DNA of 64,000 nucleotides, taken from an uncultured virus (IMG/VR IMGVR_UViG_3300021197_001448). Lineage: Duplodnaviria > Heunggongvirae > Uroviricota > Caudoviricetes. A model generated the notes under the pieces. The model was not told the origin of the DNA. It saw nothing but the letters and a program-made list of their open reading frames with translations, and searched no databases. This document shows, one piece after another, positions 27,248-35,366 of this stretch. Position 1 is the stretch's first letter. Each line of letters opens with the position of its first letter. The translations under genes were made by a program, and so were the position numbers. Where the stretch lies: the IMG/VR virus record IMGVR_UViG_3300021197_001448. One strand, written 5' to 3'.

Positions 27248-27950
27248 TAAAAGAATACTTTTCATTGACAACAGAGAAAGATCGGGATTGGAAGGTCTTG
27301 TTATCAAATATTGCGAGAAAAAGAAATTCAAATATGAAGTTCGACAAACGCTAATTACAGATTATTCATTTGCTGATGTCGGAATAGAGGCGAAATCAAT
27401 TGATGATTACATGAGCAGTATGTATTCGGGGCATCTTGAAAGACAACTGCAAAACCTTGAGGATAATTACACTAATCCAGTCCTCTTGATTCATGGTACG
27501 CTCGATCAATATGTCACTAAATCTGCAAAGAGGGGTCGAAAAATACGATTCGTCACAGCATTCGCCTCATTTACAGGATCTCTCGCTCGCTATCACACCG
27601 ACTTCGATGTTTCAATTTTAATTTTCCCCGACAAATCAACAGCAGCACGTTTCATCTGTAAGCGTTTTGAGAAGCATGGAACGCTCGGATCATCATCAAC
27701 ATACAAACTGCTTAGAAAGACCGCTACTGAGGACATGAGAATTGACATTCTACAAGGCGCAGGGTGTAGCGTAGCAATCGCAAAGCGACTCCTTGAGCAA
27801 CATGGTTCCATCATTGAAATATCATCGCTAACAGTCAAAGAACTGCAAGCGGTAGAGGGAATTGGCAAGGTTCGAGCGAATAGAATCGTTGATGCGTTCA
27901 ATAGTGAAGAACCAATTGCACAAGAAAAAGTAAAGATGTCCAGAGCCTGA
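27237..27950 (+). CDS. ERCC4/XPF-family structure-specific nuclease with HhH motifs
   Basis: IDNRE, DY..GIEAKS..D..SS..G.L..Q, VEGIGKVRA. Confidence 0.88.
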   Translation: MTNDKRILFIDNRERSGLEGLVIKYCEKKKFKYEVRQTLITDYSFADVGIEAKSIDDYMSSMYSGHLERQLQNLEDNYTNPVLLIHGTLDQYVTKSAKRGRKIRFVTAFASFTGSLARYHTDFDVSILIFPDKSTAARFICKRFEKHGTLGSSSTYKLLRKTATEDMRIDILQGAGCSVAIAKRLLEQHGSIIEISSLTVKELQAVEGIGKVRANRIVDAFNSEEPIAQEKVKMSRA

Positions 27951-28015
27951 TTAAGAGAGGGTTGATATAGCATACTTTCGCTGGATAAAGATGCCCAACT
28001 TAGGGAGGTTATGAA

Positions 28016-29467
28016 ATGTTATTGAAACCCACATCAGATTCAGGAGATCGCAAATGGTATGATTATTCGCTTGTCAAAACGCCGCATGAAGGCAGTAAGT
28101 ATATCAAAGAATATATTGAGAGGTTTAACACGGTTTCATTCTTCAATGAATTCGCAGGTATGCTCTCTTTGTTCTATGTAGTAGGGCAAGTCATAGCCCC
28201 TTATGTTCGAGTTCCTATTCATGGAACACACCTTGACACAAGAGTTCACGTGTATTGGATTCAACAATCAAGAACAGGTAAATCCGCAGCATATGAATTC
28301 ACAAAGCAATTGTTAGATGCCTGTGGTGTTGAAGCAGCGAAATTCACAACAGGATCAGATGCAGGGCTTCTTGGTCACGTCGATCAAGAGCCTGAATATG
28401 ATGAAGATGGAAAGCCTACTGGTAAGATGAATTATGTAGTCACCAAAGGTTTGTTGAACGGTTACAAATCTTTGTTGTTTGACGAAGCGAGTGTTCTTTT
28501 AGACGATAAGAAATCATACTTTTCTGAAAAGATATTGTATCTCCAAGAAGCAATGGCTTCTATCGGATCTGCAACAAATAACTTAGCAAAGGTATTGAAA
28601 GGTGCTGACATCCAGGTGGTATCTGGAGTGTCTATATGGGCTACTACATTCCCTCCAAAGGACATTATGCACCACGTCTTAGAGAAAGGATTCTTTCAAC
28701 GTGTATTCCTGTATCAAAATGATGTAAGTCAAGAACTACGCCAAACTACGAGCGAACACAGGCTTCAAGGAACTTATGTTCCAGTTCCTGAGAAGGTATG
28801 GGGGTACAACGCTCTTGCTGAATTTATACTGGAAAAGCGCAACGAAGTAAAAGATCGATTGTTAAAGGCGGCAGGATTAACCGATGAGCAATGGGATGAA
28901 ATGACGGATTTTGAAAGAGATCAGGTGGCAAACTTACATTGTTATGACATCTTTACGATTGATGAATCATACCATGCTGCGTTACTCAATGCGACCACCG
29001 ACTATTACGAATTGGTGAATGCGATACATGATGCTAACATACGTGAAACGGCGACCTCTTTTATTCCTAACATTGAGAATTACACAATCACTTTTGGAAA
29101 CATCATAGCAACATTGATGGGTTCTTCTGTCATTACAGCAGATCACATCATGATGGCGACTGAGATTATCTACGACAATTTACACAACCTCGTTATTTGG
29201 CTCGAACAAAAGCAAGATTTCCAAGCAAAGAAGAAACGTGATTCTCAACTCCATGAGTGGAAATTATCATATGGGAAGTGTAAGAAACTGGCACATTCTC
29301 GATCCAAGAGAGAATGCGTTTCTAAGAAGGAATTAGAAAACATCTATGCGATCAATCAAGGAGTTAGTAAGAAAACAGCAGAAAGGCGTTTGAAGAAATT
29401 AACTGAATCTCCAGATGCTGAGAGACTGATGGATGGACGAAACGCATTTATTGCATTCAATTGGTGA
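28016..29467 (+). CDS. MCM-like AAA+ helicase, short form with C-terminal winged helix
   Basis: QQSRTGKS, GSDAGLLG, LLFDEA, GFFQR; no N-terminal OB/Zn domain. Confidence 0.7.
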   Translation: MLLKPTSDSGDRKWYDYSLVKTPHEGSKYIKEYIERFNTVSFFNEFAGMLSLFYVVGQVIAPYVRVPIHGTHLDTRVHVYWIQQSRTGKSAAYEFTKQLLDACGVEAAKFTTGSDAGLLGHVDQEPEYDEDGKPTGKMNYVVTKGLLNGYKSLLFDEASVLLDDKKSYFSEKILYLQEAMASIGSATNNLAKVLKGADIQVVSGVSIWATTFPPKDIMHHVLEKGFFQRVFLYQNDVSQELRQTTSEHRLQGTYVPVPEKVWGYNALAEFILEKRNEVKDRLLKAAGLTDEQWDEMTDFERDQVANLHCYDIFTIDESYHAALLNATTDYYELVNAIHDANIRETATSFIPNIENYTITFGNIIATLMGSSVITADHIMMATEIIYDNLHNLVIWLEQKQDFQAKKKRDSQLHEWKLSYGKCKKLAHSRSKRECVSKKELENIYAINQGVSKKTAERRLKKLTESPDAERLMDGRNAFIAFNW

Positions 29468-29471
29468 TTCT

Positions 29472-30104
29472 ATGAAGAAAAAGGCAAGTATTTTTTTAGA
29501 AGATAACAACATAGTGCCTGTAACGATATTTTCTACAACAGATGCTGCTGATTTACATACAGGATATTCGGATATGACTTTATTCGATTTGGATGTAATA
29601 GTAATTTACAAAGACGGAAAATATCACGCATTTAATGATCATTTCTTGTCGAAATCCTACGTTCTTCAAAACGCGTGGATTAAGCCACATTCAATGAGAG
29701 ATTTACCTTCTTTCATAGAAGGCGTTACTTTGGCAGGTTACGATTTAGAACGTTTTGTTTTGCCGATCTTGAGCAATTACTTTGGCGAATTAGAAAACGT
29801 AGATCATATCGACGTGTTGAAGTTTGCACATGATAAATCGGGAATGCGATTTAGTCTTTTCAATTTAGCATTTTGGAACAGGTGCGATAACATTTCTACT
29901 GTATCTGAAATTTTTACATTTCATAGAGTGCGTATGATTGCTGATTGGTTCAATGGAACTTACAAAAACATAATCAAGAGGTTACAAAATGAAACCAAGT
30001 GGATCGGTCAATTGGTCTATCGAATAAAGAAACACAAGACTCTATTGGTAAAAGACGAGCATGGAAAAAAGATTAAGATTTTTGCACAGGATGAAGAAGA
30101 ATGA
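29472..30104 (+). CDS. RNase_H_2/DEDD-fold protein, catalytic acids apparently lost
   Basis: LAGYDLERFVLPIL..HIDVL..GMRFSLFNLA pattern. Confidence 0.55.
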   Translation: MKKKASIFLEDNNIVPVTIFSTTDAADLHTGYSDMTLFDLDVIVIYKDGKYHAFNDHFLSKSYVLQNAWIKPHSMRDLPSFIEGVTLAGYDLERFVLPILSNYFGELENVDHIDVLKFAHDKSGMRFSLFNLAFWNRCDNISTVSEIFTFHRVRMIADWFNGTYKNIIKRLQNETKWIGQLVYRIKKHKTLLVKDEHGKKIKIFAQDEEE

Positions 30105-30307
30105 AAGCATATCGTGATCGGGTTATGCAAACCTGTGAAAAGTGTAATTCAGATGTATTAGCAATTAGAATAAATGGTTTTTATGCGGGGAGTAGAGACA
30201 GAATCTTCTTATGGGAATGTCCTGTGTGCCAACATATATGGCGAAAGCCAAATCCAACGGTGAACTTAGATGAACAATCTACTTCTGAAAAACACCCCCA
30301 ATATTAG
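30101..30307 (+). CDS. Zinc-ribbon protein
   Basis: CEKC..CPVCQHIW. Confidence 0.7.
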   Translation: MKAYRDRVMQTCEKCNSDVLAIRINGFYAGSRDRIFLWECPVCQHIWRKPNPTVNLDEQSTSEKHPQY

Positions 30308-31127
30308 ATACGACAAACGATTTGATAATGCATACGATCAAATGCTATCACAACATCACCTCAACATGACAGGGAAATATGACACTTCTGGTTTAGGAGA
30401 ACAAGATCAAATTAAACTGGGGAACACAGGTGCGGTAAATCGAGGTTCAGCAGAAGGCCGAAAAGGAGATTTGATGGACTTTAGAGGCAACTCAATTCCA
30501 AGAGGATCACACGTTCCTTTAGGATATATTCAACAAAGCCGAAAAAAAGGTGGCGACCAACATTATGTGGATAACCCAATCACCTACGGAGTCGGAGGCA
30601 ACAGTTGGGCGCATCCCTCAATCCCAGGTGCTTTTGAAGTAGCACGACGACCTGAAGCCGACCTCGAATCACATTCCGAAGCACTTGAAAATCGTGAGAA
30701 GTTCAAACCCCTCGCTGAGTTATTAGGCATAGAGGGCGAAGGCAGACGTGCCGTAAAGGATTCAGAAACCGATCCTTTAGGAATTGACAAATCTGCTTCA
30801 TGCAATTGCCCATCCTGTAATGTTTTAGTGAAAGCAGTTCTGCTTAAGGCTGGTAAAAAAAAATCTAAACCGTTTCACGGTTACAATCCAAACAAACACA
30901 GTAAGAAAGGCGGATTGAACGCTAAGGGTCGAGCAAAGGCCAAGCGTGAAGAAGGTGCAAATCTCAAACCTCCTGTAACAACAAAGCCAAGCAAGTTGAA
31001 ACCAGGATCAAAGAAAGCAAAGCGTCGAAAGTCGTTTTGCGCTCGAATGGGCGGTGTTAAAGGACCGACGAGCAAAGGTGGCAAATTAACTCCAAAAGGA
31101 GCATCATTAAAGAGGTGGAATTGTTGA
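30270..31127 (+). CDS. Putative virion internal protein with a basic DUF6321-like C-terminal domain
   Basis: GGLNAKGR..RRKSFCARM..LKRWNC. Confidence 0.7.
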   Translation: MNNLLLKNTPNIRYDKRFDNAYDQMLSQHHLNMTGKYDTSGLGEQDQIKLGNTGAVNRGSAEGRKGDLMDFRGNSIPRGSHVPLGYIQQSRKKGGDQHYVDNPITYGVGGNSWAHPSIPGAFEVARRPEADLESHSEALENREKFKPLAELLGIEGEGRRAVKDSETDPLGIDKSASCNCPSCNVLVKAVLLKAGKKKSKPFHGYNPNKHSKKGGLNAKGRAKAKREEGANLKPPVTTKPSKLKPGSKKAKRRKSFCARMGGVKGPTSKGGKLTPKGASLKRWNC

Positions 31128-31459
31128 GCAATAAGAAACAAGAAAAAGAACACGCAATTAGTTTTAATCGCACATGGGATGCGATAAAGAAAGATGATGA
31201 TGAAGAACGCTTTAGAGAAGGAGATCCTTACTACGGTCCTGCTGAACCCAAACGCTTGTTGGATGAAAACATGGTATTTGAATGCAAACACATATTTCTA
31301 TCCACATTAAGACCACTTCTCGAAAACCAAGATCAGAACAGTTATGTTCGCAATGTAGTATCAGGTGATATGGGCATCACACCAACTGATGAAGAAATTG
31401 AGGCAGGTCGCCATGAAGCCATAGAACACATTGACAGATGGTTGGAGTCGATACTATGA
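31124..31459 (+). CDS. Small protein with FxxTW tag
   Basis: FNRTWDAIKK; TTG start with SD GAGGTGG. Confidence 0.7.
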   Translation: MSNKKQEKEHAISFNRTWDAIKKDDDEERFREGDPYYGPAEPKRLLDENMVFECKHIFLSTLRPLLENQDQNSYVRNVVSGDMGITPTDEEIEAGRHEAIEHIDRWLESIL

Positions 31460-31890
31460 GCGAAGCATTTCACAGAACATGGTATTTACTAAAAAGAGAA
31501 CTCGATAATGAAAAATCCATAAAAGAATATCAACGTAATCCAATGGGTGCATTGGACTTGCCTCTTTCTGGATCGAGAGGTGAAGATCATGAGGGGAATC
31601 CCGAAGTTAGACCTCCAGTAACCCGTCTTACTGAGATGGGCAGAGCAAAGCAAAGGCAAAAAGGCGAAGAATACCTAAATCCTATTCGAGTAAAGCACAC
31701 AAAAGATGGTCAAGTTTTAGGGCAACGGCCAAAAGCAATGCAAACTACATCTGATGACATAAGGGCTTTGAGAAGAATTAGAGAAAATGAATCTGCTAAC
31801 AGAATCAATCGGGATCACCCTTCCCAAAAAGATGAAAAGTTTCGACAAAAATTTTCCAATAAATATGGACGATCTGACATTAACAGGTGA
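31456..31890 (+). CDS. Small basic protein with FxxTW tag
   Basis: MSEAFHRTWYLLKR. Confidence 0.7.
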   Translation: MSEAFHRTWYLLKRELDNEKSIKEYQRNPMGALDLPLSGSRGEDHEGNPEVRPPVTRLTEMGRAKQRQKGEEYLNPIRVKHTKDGQVLGQRPKAMQTTSDDIRALRRIRENESANRINRDHPSQKDEKFRQKFSNKYGRSDINR

Positions 31891-31895
31891 TTTTA

Positions 31896-33035
31896 GTGCC
31901 AAGCACCAACTTAGCAGAAGGTCATGAAAAGACCTCATCAACGACTTATCAAAACGATGGGCTACGTGATTCAGACGTTTTGACCAGTCCCTCATTGACT
32001 AATAATGTAGAACGTGGTCTAAGCAACGGGGTTTTGCCTGTTACTTTGAATCGGTATGATGAATCTGATCGAAACAATCCAGTTAGTGGTAACTGCTGTG
32101 TTAGACCAAACGGAACGATTGGAAGCACCAAAGAACTCTATGTCGATGCAGGAGTAGTTCAACTGGATGGTATGTTTTACAATGTTGGCTCGGCTTCTGT
32201 TTTAGATATTTCATTGACTACTAACTATCATTCGGGTTATCACGGCGCAGCAATCCCAAACGGGTCAAACCCCTCAGATGAGGCAATTTTGCTCGTTTAC
32301 ATCGATCCTCGAAAACCAAATAATGTAGGTTTTGTTTTTGGATCATATGTTGATACTTCGACTGGTGAATACCCACAATCACCTTCAAACCACCTTGTAT
32401 TGCAGAATACAGTCCTTGCTTCTGTGAGAGTAGGTAAAGGGGCATCTCACCCAGTTATCCTCGCCATAGAGGACAAGAGAGTGTTTATTCGGCCTGGTCC
32501 TGTTGCACTATCGGCAATCGAACATAGTGATGGAACCGAAGAAAATCTCAGAAACGATTTTGTTGCGGGATTCAATGCAGGCGATTTGCCAATCACCGAT
32601 CTCGGAGTATTGTATGCGCGTAATCCAAGCGGTTTTACAACTCACGCTCAAGGAACAGGGCAAACACATCTGTTTTTCCAGTCCGATCAGGGAGTGGGAA
32701 TTACAACAGGCGGGGGTGGATCTTACCAAATAACTCCTGTTCACAGAACCTCAAAAACACCACAGATTCCATATACTGGACCTGTGGTTTTGGCTTTTGG
32801 AACACCCGCACCAGGAGGGTTGAGATATAAGCCATTGTTAAGTGAAGAGGATGGCGCAACTCCTTTAGTTACTGTTGATGTTTACGATGGTGCTAATTTG
32901 CACTTAGGGACATTAGTTAATGTGCATGGTTTTGCGCTTAGTTCTGGTAATTTAACACTTAATGCGCCAGGGGCGGTGGGACTTCCTGCTGCCGCTACTG
33001 CCGTTGTCACCTATGTTCACGCTCAACACATTTAA
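31896..33035 (+). CDS. Putative virion structural protein (tail-tip or fibre associated)
   Basis: Gly/Thr/Val-rich beta composition; LYVDAGVVQLDG and IEDKRVF resemble baseplate/fibre N-termini; SD AGGTGA. Confidence 0.55.
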   Translation: MPSTNLAEGHEKTSSTTYQNDGLRDSDVLTSPSLTNNVERGLSNGVLPVTLNRYDESDRNNPVSGNCCVRPNGTIGSTKELYVDAGVVQLDGMFYNVGSASVLDISLTTNYHSGYHGAAIPNGSNPSDEAILLVYIDPRKPNNVGFVFGSYVDTSTGEYPQSPSNHLVLQNTVLASVRVGKGASHPVILAIEDKRVFIRPGPVALSAIEHSDGTEENLRNDFVAGFNAGDLPITDLGVLYARNPSGFTTHAQGTGQTHLFFQSDQGVGITTGGGGSYQITPVHRTSKTPQIPYTGPVVLAFGTPAPGGLRYKPLLSEEDGATPLVTVDVYDGANLHLGTLVNVHGFALSSGNLTLNAPGAVGLPAAATAVVTYVHAQHI

Positions 33036-33064
33036 TACCAATAACTGTGCGCCCTGATTTGTTT

Positions 33065-33304
33065 ATGCTACAAGTCAAGGGGGAGGCGTTTTCCTATGAA
33101 CGTTCATGGGAACAAATCGAAGATATGTTGGTTCGTGCTGAGAAAAAACAAAATGAATGGATTATAATATTTCACGATGCAAAAAAACAAGGTGACAAAG
33201 AAGCCATGAAAGAATGCGCTCGAAATAAGAAAGCATTGGAAGGTGTAATCAAAACACTTCGATGGACTTTGGGTGATCGTGTAATTGAAAACCCTTTGAG
33301 TTAA
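33065..33304 (+). CDS. Small helical hypothetical protein
   Basis: Last + strand gene; TTTAATA upstream. Confidence 0.65.
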   Translation: MLQVKGEAFSYERSWEQIEDMLVRAEKKQNEWIIIFHDAKKQGDKEAMKECARNKKALEGVIKTLRWTLGDRVIENPLS

Positions 33305-33309
33305 TCATC

Positions 33310-34128
33310 TCATCGTTTTGTAGAGGCTCTTTTGCCCCCTGCGCCTAATTGACGACGCATGGCAGGTCTAATTGTTCCTCTGCTCTTGTTACGCTTGTAT
33401 CGTCGTTTTGTTCTTTCACGCTTTACCTTACGTGAAATGTCCCATACGCGATGATCTGCCTGTCTATATGGCCTATCGCTTATAGTGGATCGAGTGTAGC
33501 CGTGAAAGCGACCTTTTCTGATTGAATCCCATGTGGCTTCAAATGGATCGGCTGAGGCAGTGAAATCAGAACCCTCAAACATATTAACATAATCTTCTGA
33601 TAAAGCCTCATATTCCTCACGAATAGATCTGGCGATAGATTTTATCTCTTCATTTTCATGACTTTCCATTGTTTCTAACAACTGCAACAACTGTTCTGGT
33701 TGAGCAATCATAACTAATTGAACATATTTATCCCAACTCGAACCATCTCCTGTTCTTTCATGTGTTGATTTCATTCGTTCCAAAATAAATTCCAACACTT
33801 TTCTTCGCAAAATGTCATCTCTTGGATCAAAATCCATGCTCTTAACCACCGTTGGCTTCCCACCAACTCCCTGTGGCTTTGACCGCTTTCTTCGAGTTGC
33901 AGCCTTCTTCTCCTTTGAACTCATTGAACGAGAAGTCTTAGGGGTGTCCTTGCTGACTTTCTTTGATGGTCGGCACTTGGGATAGCCTTTGCTATCGGTC
34001 TTTGCATCACTACGGCCACAGGGAGGGTGTTTGCCGTCTTTGTCCTTACTGCCGACATTCACCCACTTCTCCTTGAACCATCGCCTCAAGTCCTTTGAGA
34101 TGAGATCTGAGATAGGAACGGCAATCAA
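33310..34128 (-). CDS. Basic putative internal virion protein (DUF5872-like N-domain, Arg-rich tail)
   Basis: LRRWFKEKW..CGR..YPKCRP; FEATWDSIRKG. Confidence 0.75.
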   Translation of the reverse strand: MIAVPISDLISKDLRRWFKEKWVNVGSKDKDGKHPPCGRSDAKTDSKGYPKCRPSKKVSKDTPKTSRSMSSKEKKAATRRKRSKPQGVGGKPTVVKSMDFDPRDDILRRKVLEFILERMKSTHERTGDGSSWDKYVQLVMIAQPEQLLQLLETMESHENEEIKSIARSIREEYEALSEDYVNMFEGSDFTASADPFEATWDSIRKGRFHGYTRSTISDRPYRQADHRVWDISRKVKRERTKRRYKRNKSRGTIRPAMRRQLGAGGKRASTKR

Positions 34129-34139
34129 TTAAATCACTC

Positions 34140-34334
34140 TTAGAATATTTGTTCCCACGCAGTATTGAATGATTTTTTCAAATCATCAGGATGCTTGCCT
34201 TCTTTTTTGAGGTCTTTGTAGCATTGGCACATAGGTTTTTTTGCAGAACATTTCATAATTCCTTTTTCCATGCAAGCGCATGGATTCTTTTCTGTTGCAC
34301 CACAACAGCAATTTTTCCTTTTTAATTCAGCCAT
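34140..34334 (-). CDS. Cys/Lys-rich microprotein with C-terminal FxxAW tag
   Basis: CCCG..CAC..C..CQC; FNTAWEQIF. Confidence 0.7.
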   Translation of the reverse strand: MAELKRKNCCCGATEKNPCACMEKGIMKCSAKKPMCQCYKDLKKEGKHPDDLKKSFNTAWEQIF

Positions 34335-34339
34335 AGTTC

Positions 34340-34555
34340 TCACTTCTTACTTTTCTTACTCTTCTTTTTCCAGCCGCCGCCTTTGGACTTGTACCACTTA
34401 GAAGCCCAACCATTGGCGTAGGCAGATGGATAAACTTTGAACTTAGATCGAGCCTTCGATTTGGCTTGCGACCAAAGACCAGGATTGGTTGGGGCGTTGT
34501 CGCCCTTCTCGTCGCTTTTCATCAGTTCCCATGCAATCTCAAATGTTTCACCCAT
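34340..34555 (-). CDS. Basic small protein with FxxAW tag
   Basis: FEIAWELMKS; KFKVYPSAYANGW..YKSKGGGW. Confidence 0.75.
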   Translation of the reverse strand: MGETFEIAWELMKSDEKGDNAPTNPGLWSQAKSKARSKFKVYPSAYANGWASKWYKSKGGGWKKKSKKSKK

Positions 34556-34569
34556 CTTATTCATCCTCT

Positions 34570-34827
34570 TTATTGAACCCAAGCATGATAGGTCAATTCA
34601 CCGTTGCGATAACCATTTACTTCAAAATCCCGATCTCCCACTTTTTCCAACCGATTTTCATTAAGCATACGTTGAAGATCATTTATGCTGAAAAACTTCT
34701 TTACAATTTTATTCCCGTTTTCATCTGTAAAAGAAATCGTGTATTTATCGGCTGGTTCTTCTGAACCTTCGCCAAGAGTTGCCATCTTCACCATCTCCCA
34801 TGCTGTATCAAATGTTTCTGTCATCAT
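34570..34827 (-). CDS. Small protein with FxxAW tag
   Basis: FDTAWEMVKM. Confidence 0.7.
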   Translation of the reverse strand: MMTETFDTAWEMVKMATLGEGSEEPADKYTISFTDENGNKIVKKFFSINDLQRMLNENRLEKVGDRDFEVNGYRNGELTYHAWVQ

Positions 34828-35027
34828 CGAACCTCCTTCCCATCGTTGTCAATTATTTTTCCCGCTTCCAAACATTCGTAGCAGCCCTCCCATCGTGGTT
34901 TGACGGGGGGATAATTCGTTGATGATCGAGCAATGTATTGACTGGGAACAGATTTTTCGCAGAAATCGCAAACGACATCAAAGCCAATTGACTTCATCGT
35001 TTTCCACGCTTTTTCAAACGTCATCAT
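34824..35027 (-). CDS. Zinc-finger microprotein with FxxAW tag
   Basis: FEKAWKTMKS; CDFC..CYEC. Confidence 0.7.
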   Translation of the reverse strand: MMTFEKAWKTMKSIGFDVVCDFCEKSVPSQYIARSSTNYPPVKPRWEGCYECLEAGKIIDNDGKEVR

Positions 35028-35365
35028 CGCACCTCCATCAAAATATCCACACGAACTTCGTTAGTTCCGTTCTTGCTAATAGGCATAAATGTAGCCCTAA
35101 AAGATGGCGTATCAAGAGGGTTTGTCCCATGAAGAACAATCTCTGTAATAGCCTGTTCACTTGATAATTGAGTGTCAAAAAGTGCGCTCACAGATATAGT
35201 ACGATCATCAATTCTTTGAATCAGAGTATCTTTGCTCATCTTGACATTACCCGCACCTCCATCTCTACTGGATGCGTCATTTGCACCTGATCCAAGAGAA
35301 CACTTTTTGATGAGCGTTTGCAGGTGGTCGGTTAAAGCGGCTTTCAAAGGATCAAGAACTGGCAT
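35024..35365 (-). CDS. Putative baseplate or tail-fibre attachment protein
   Basis: LGSG..ITEIVL..RATF.PISK pattern; follows the largest tail gene. Confidence 0.55.
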   Translation of the reverse strand: MPVLDPLKAALTDHLQTLIKKCSLGSGANDASSRDGGAGNVKMSKDTLIQRIDDRTISVSALFDTQLSSEQAITEIVLHGTNPLDTPSFRATFMPISKNGTNEVRVDILMEVR

Positions 35366-35366
35366 A

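Noticed and set aside
33083..33125. YERSWEQIED as another FxxAW tag
   Set aside because: Tyr replaces Phe and there is no Lys; too weak to count.
33601..33610. TGAGGCTTTA on the - strand as a class-2 promoter
   Set aside because: It lies mid-gene, encodes YEAL, and the next ATG is off the ~30-nt spacing; may be chance.
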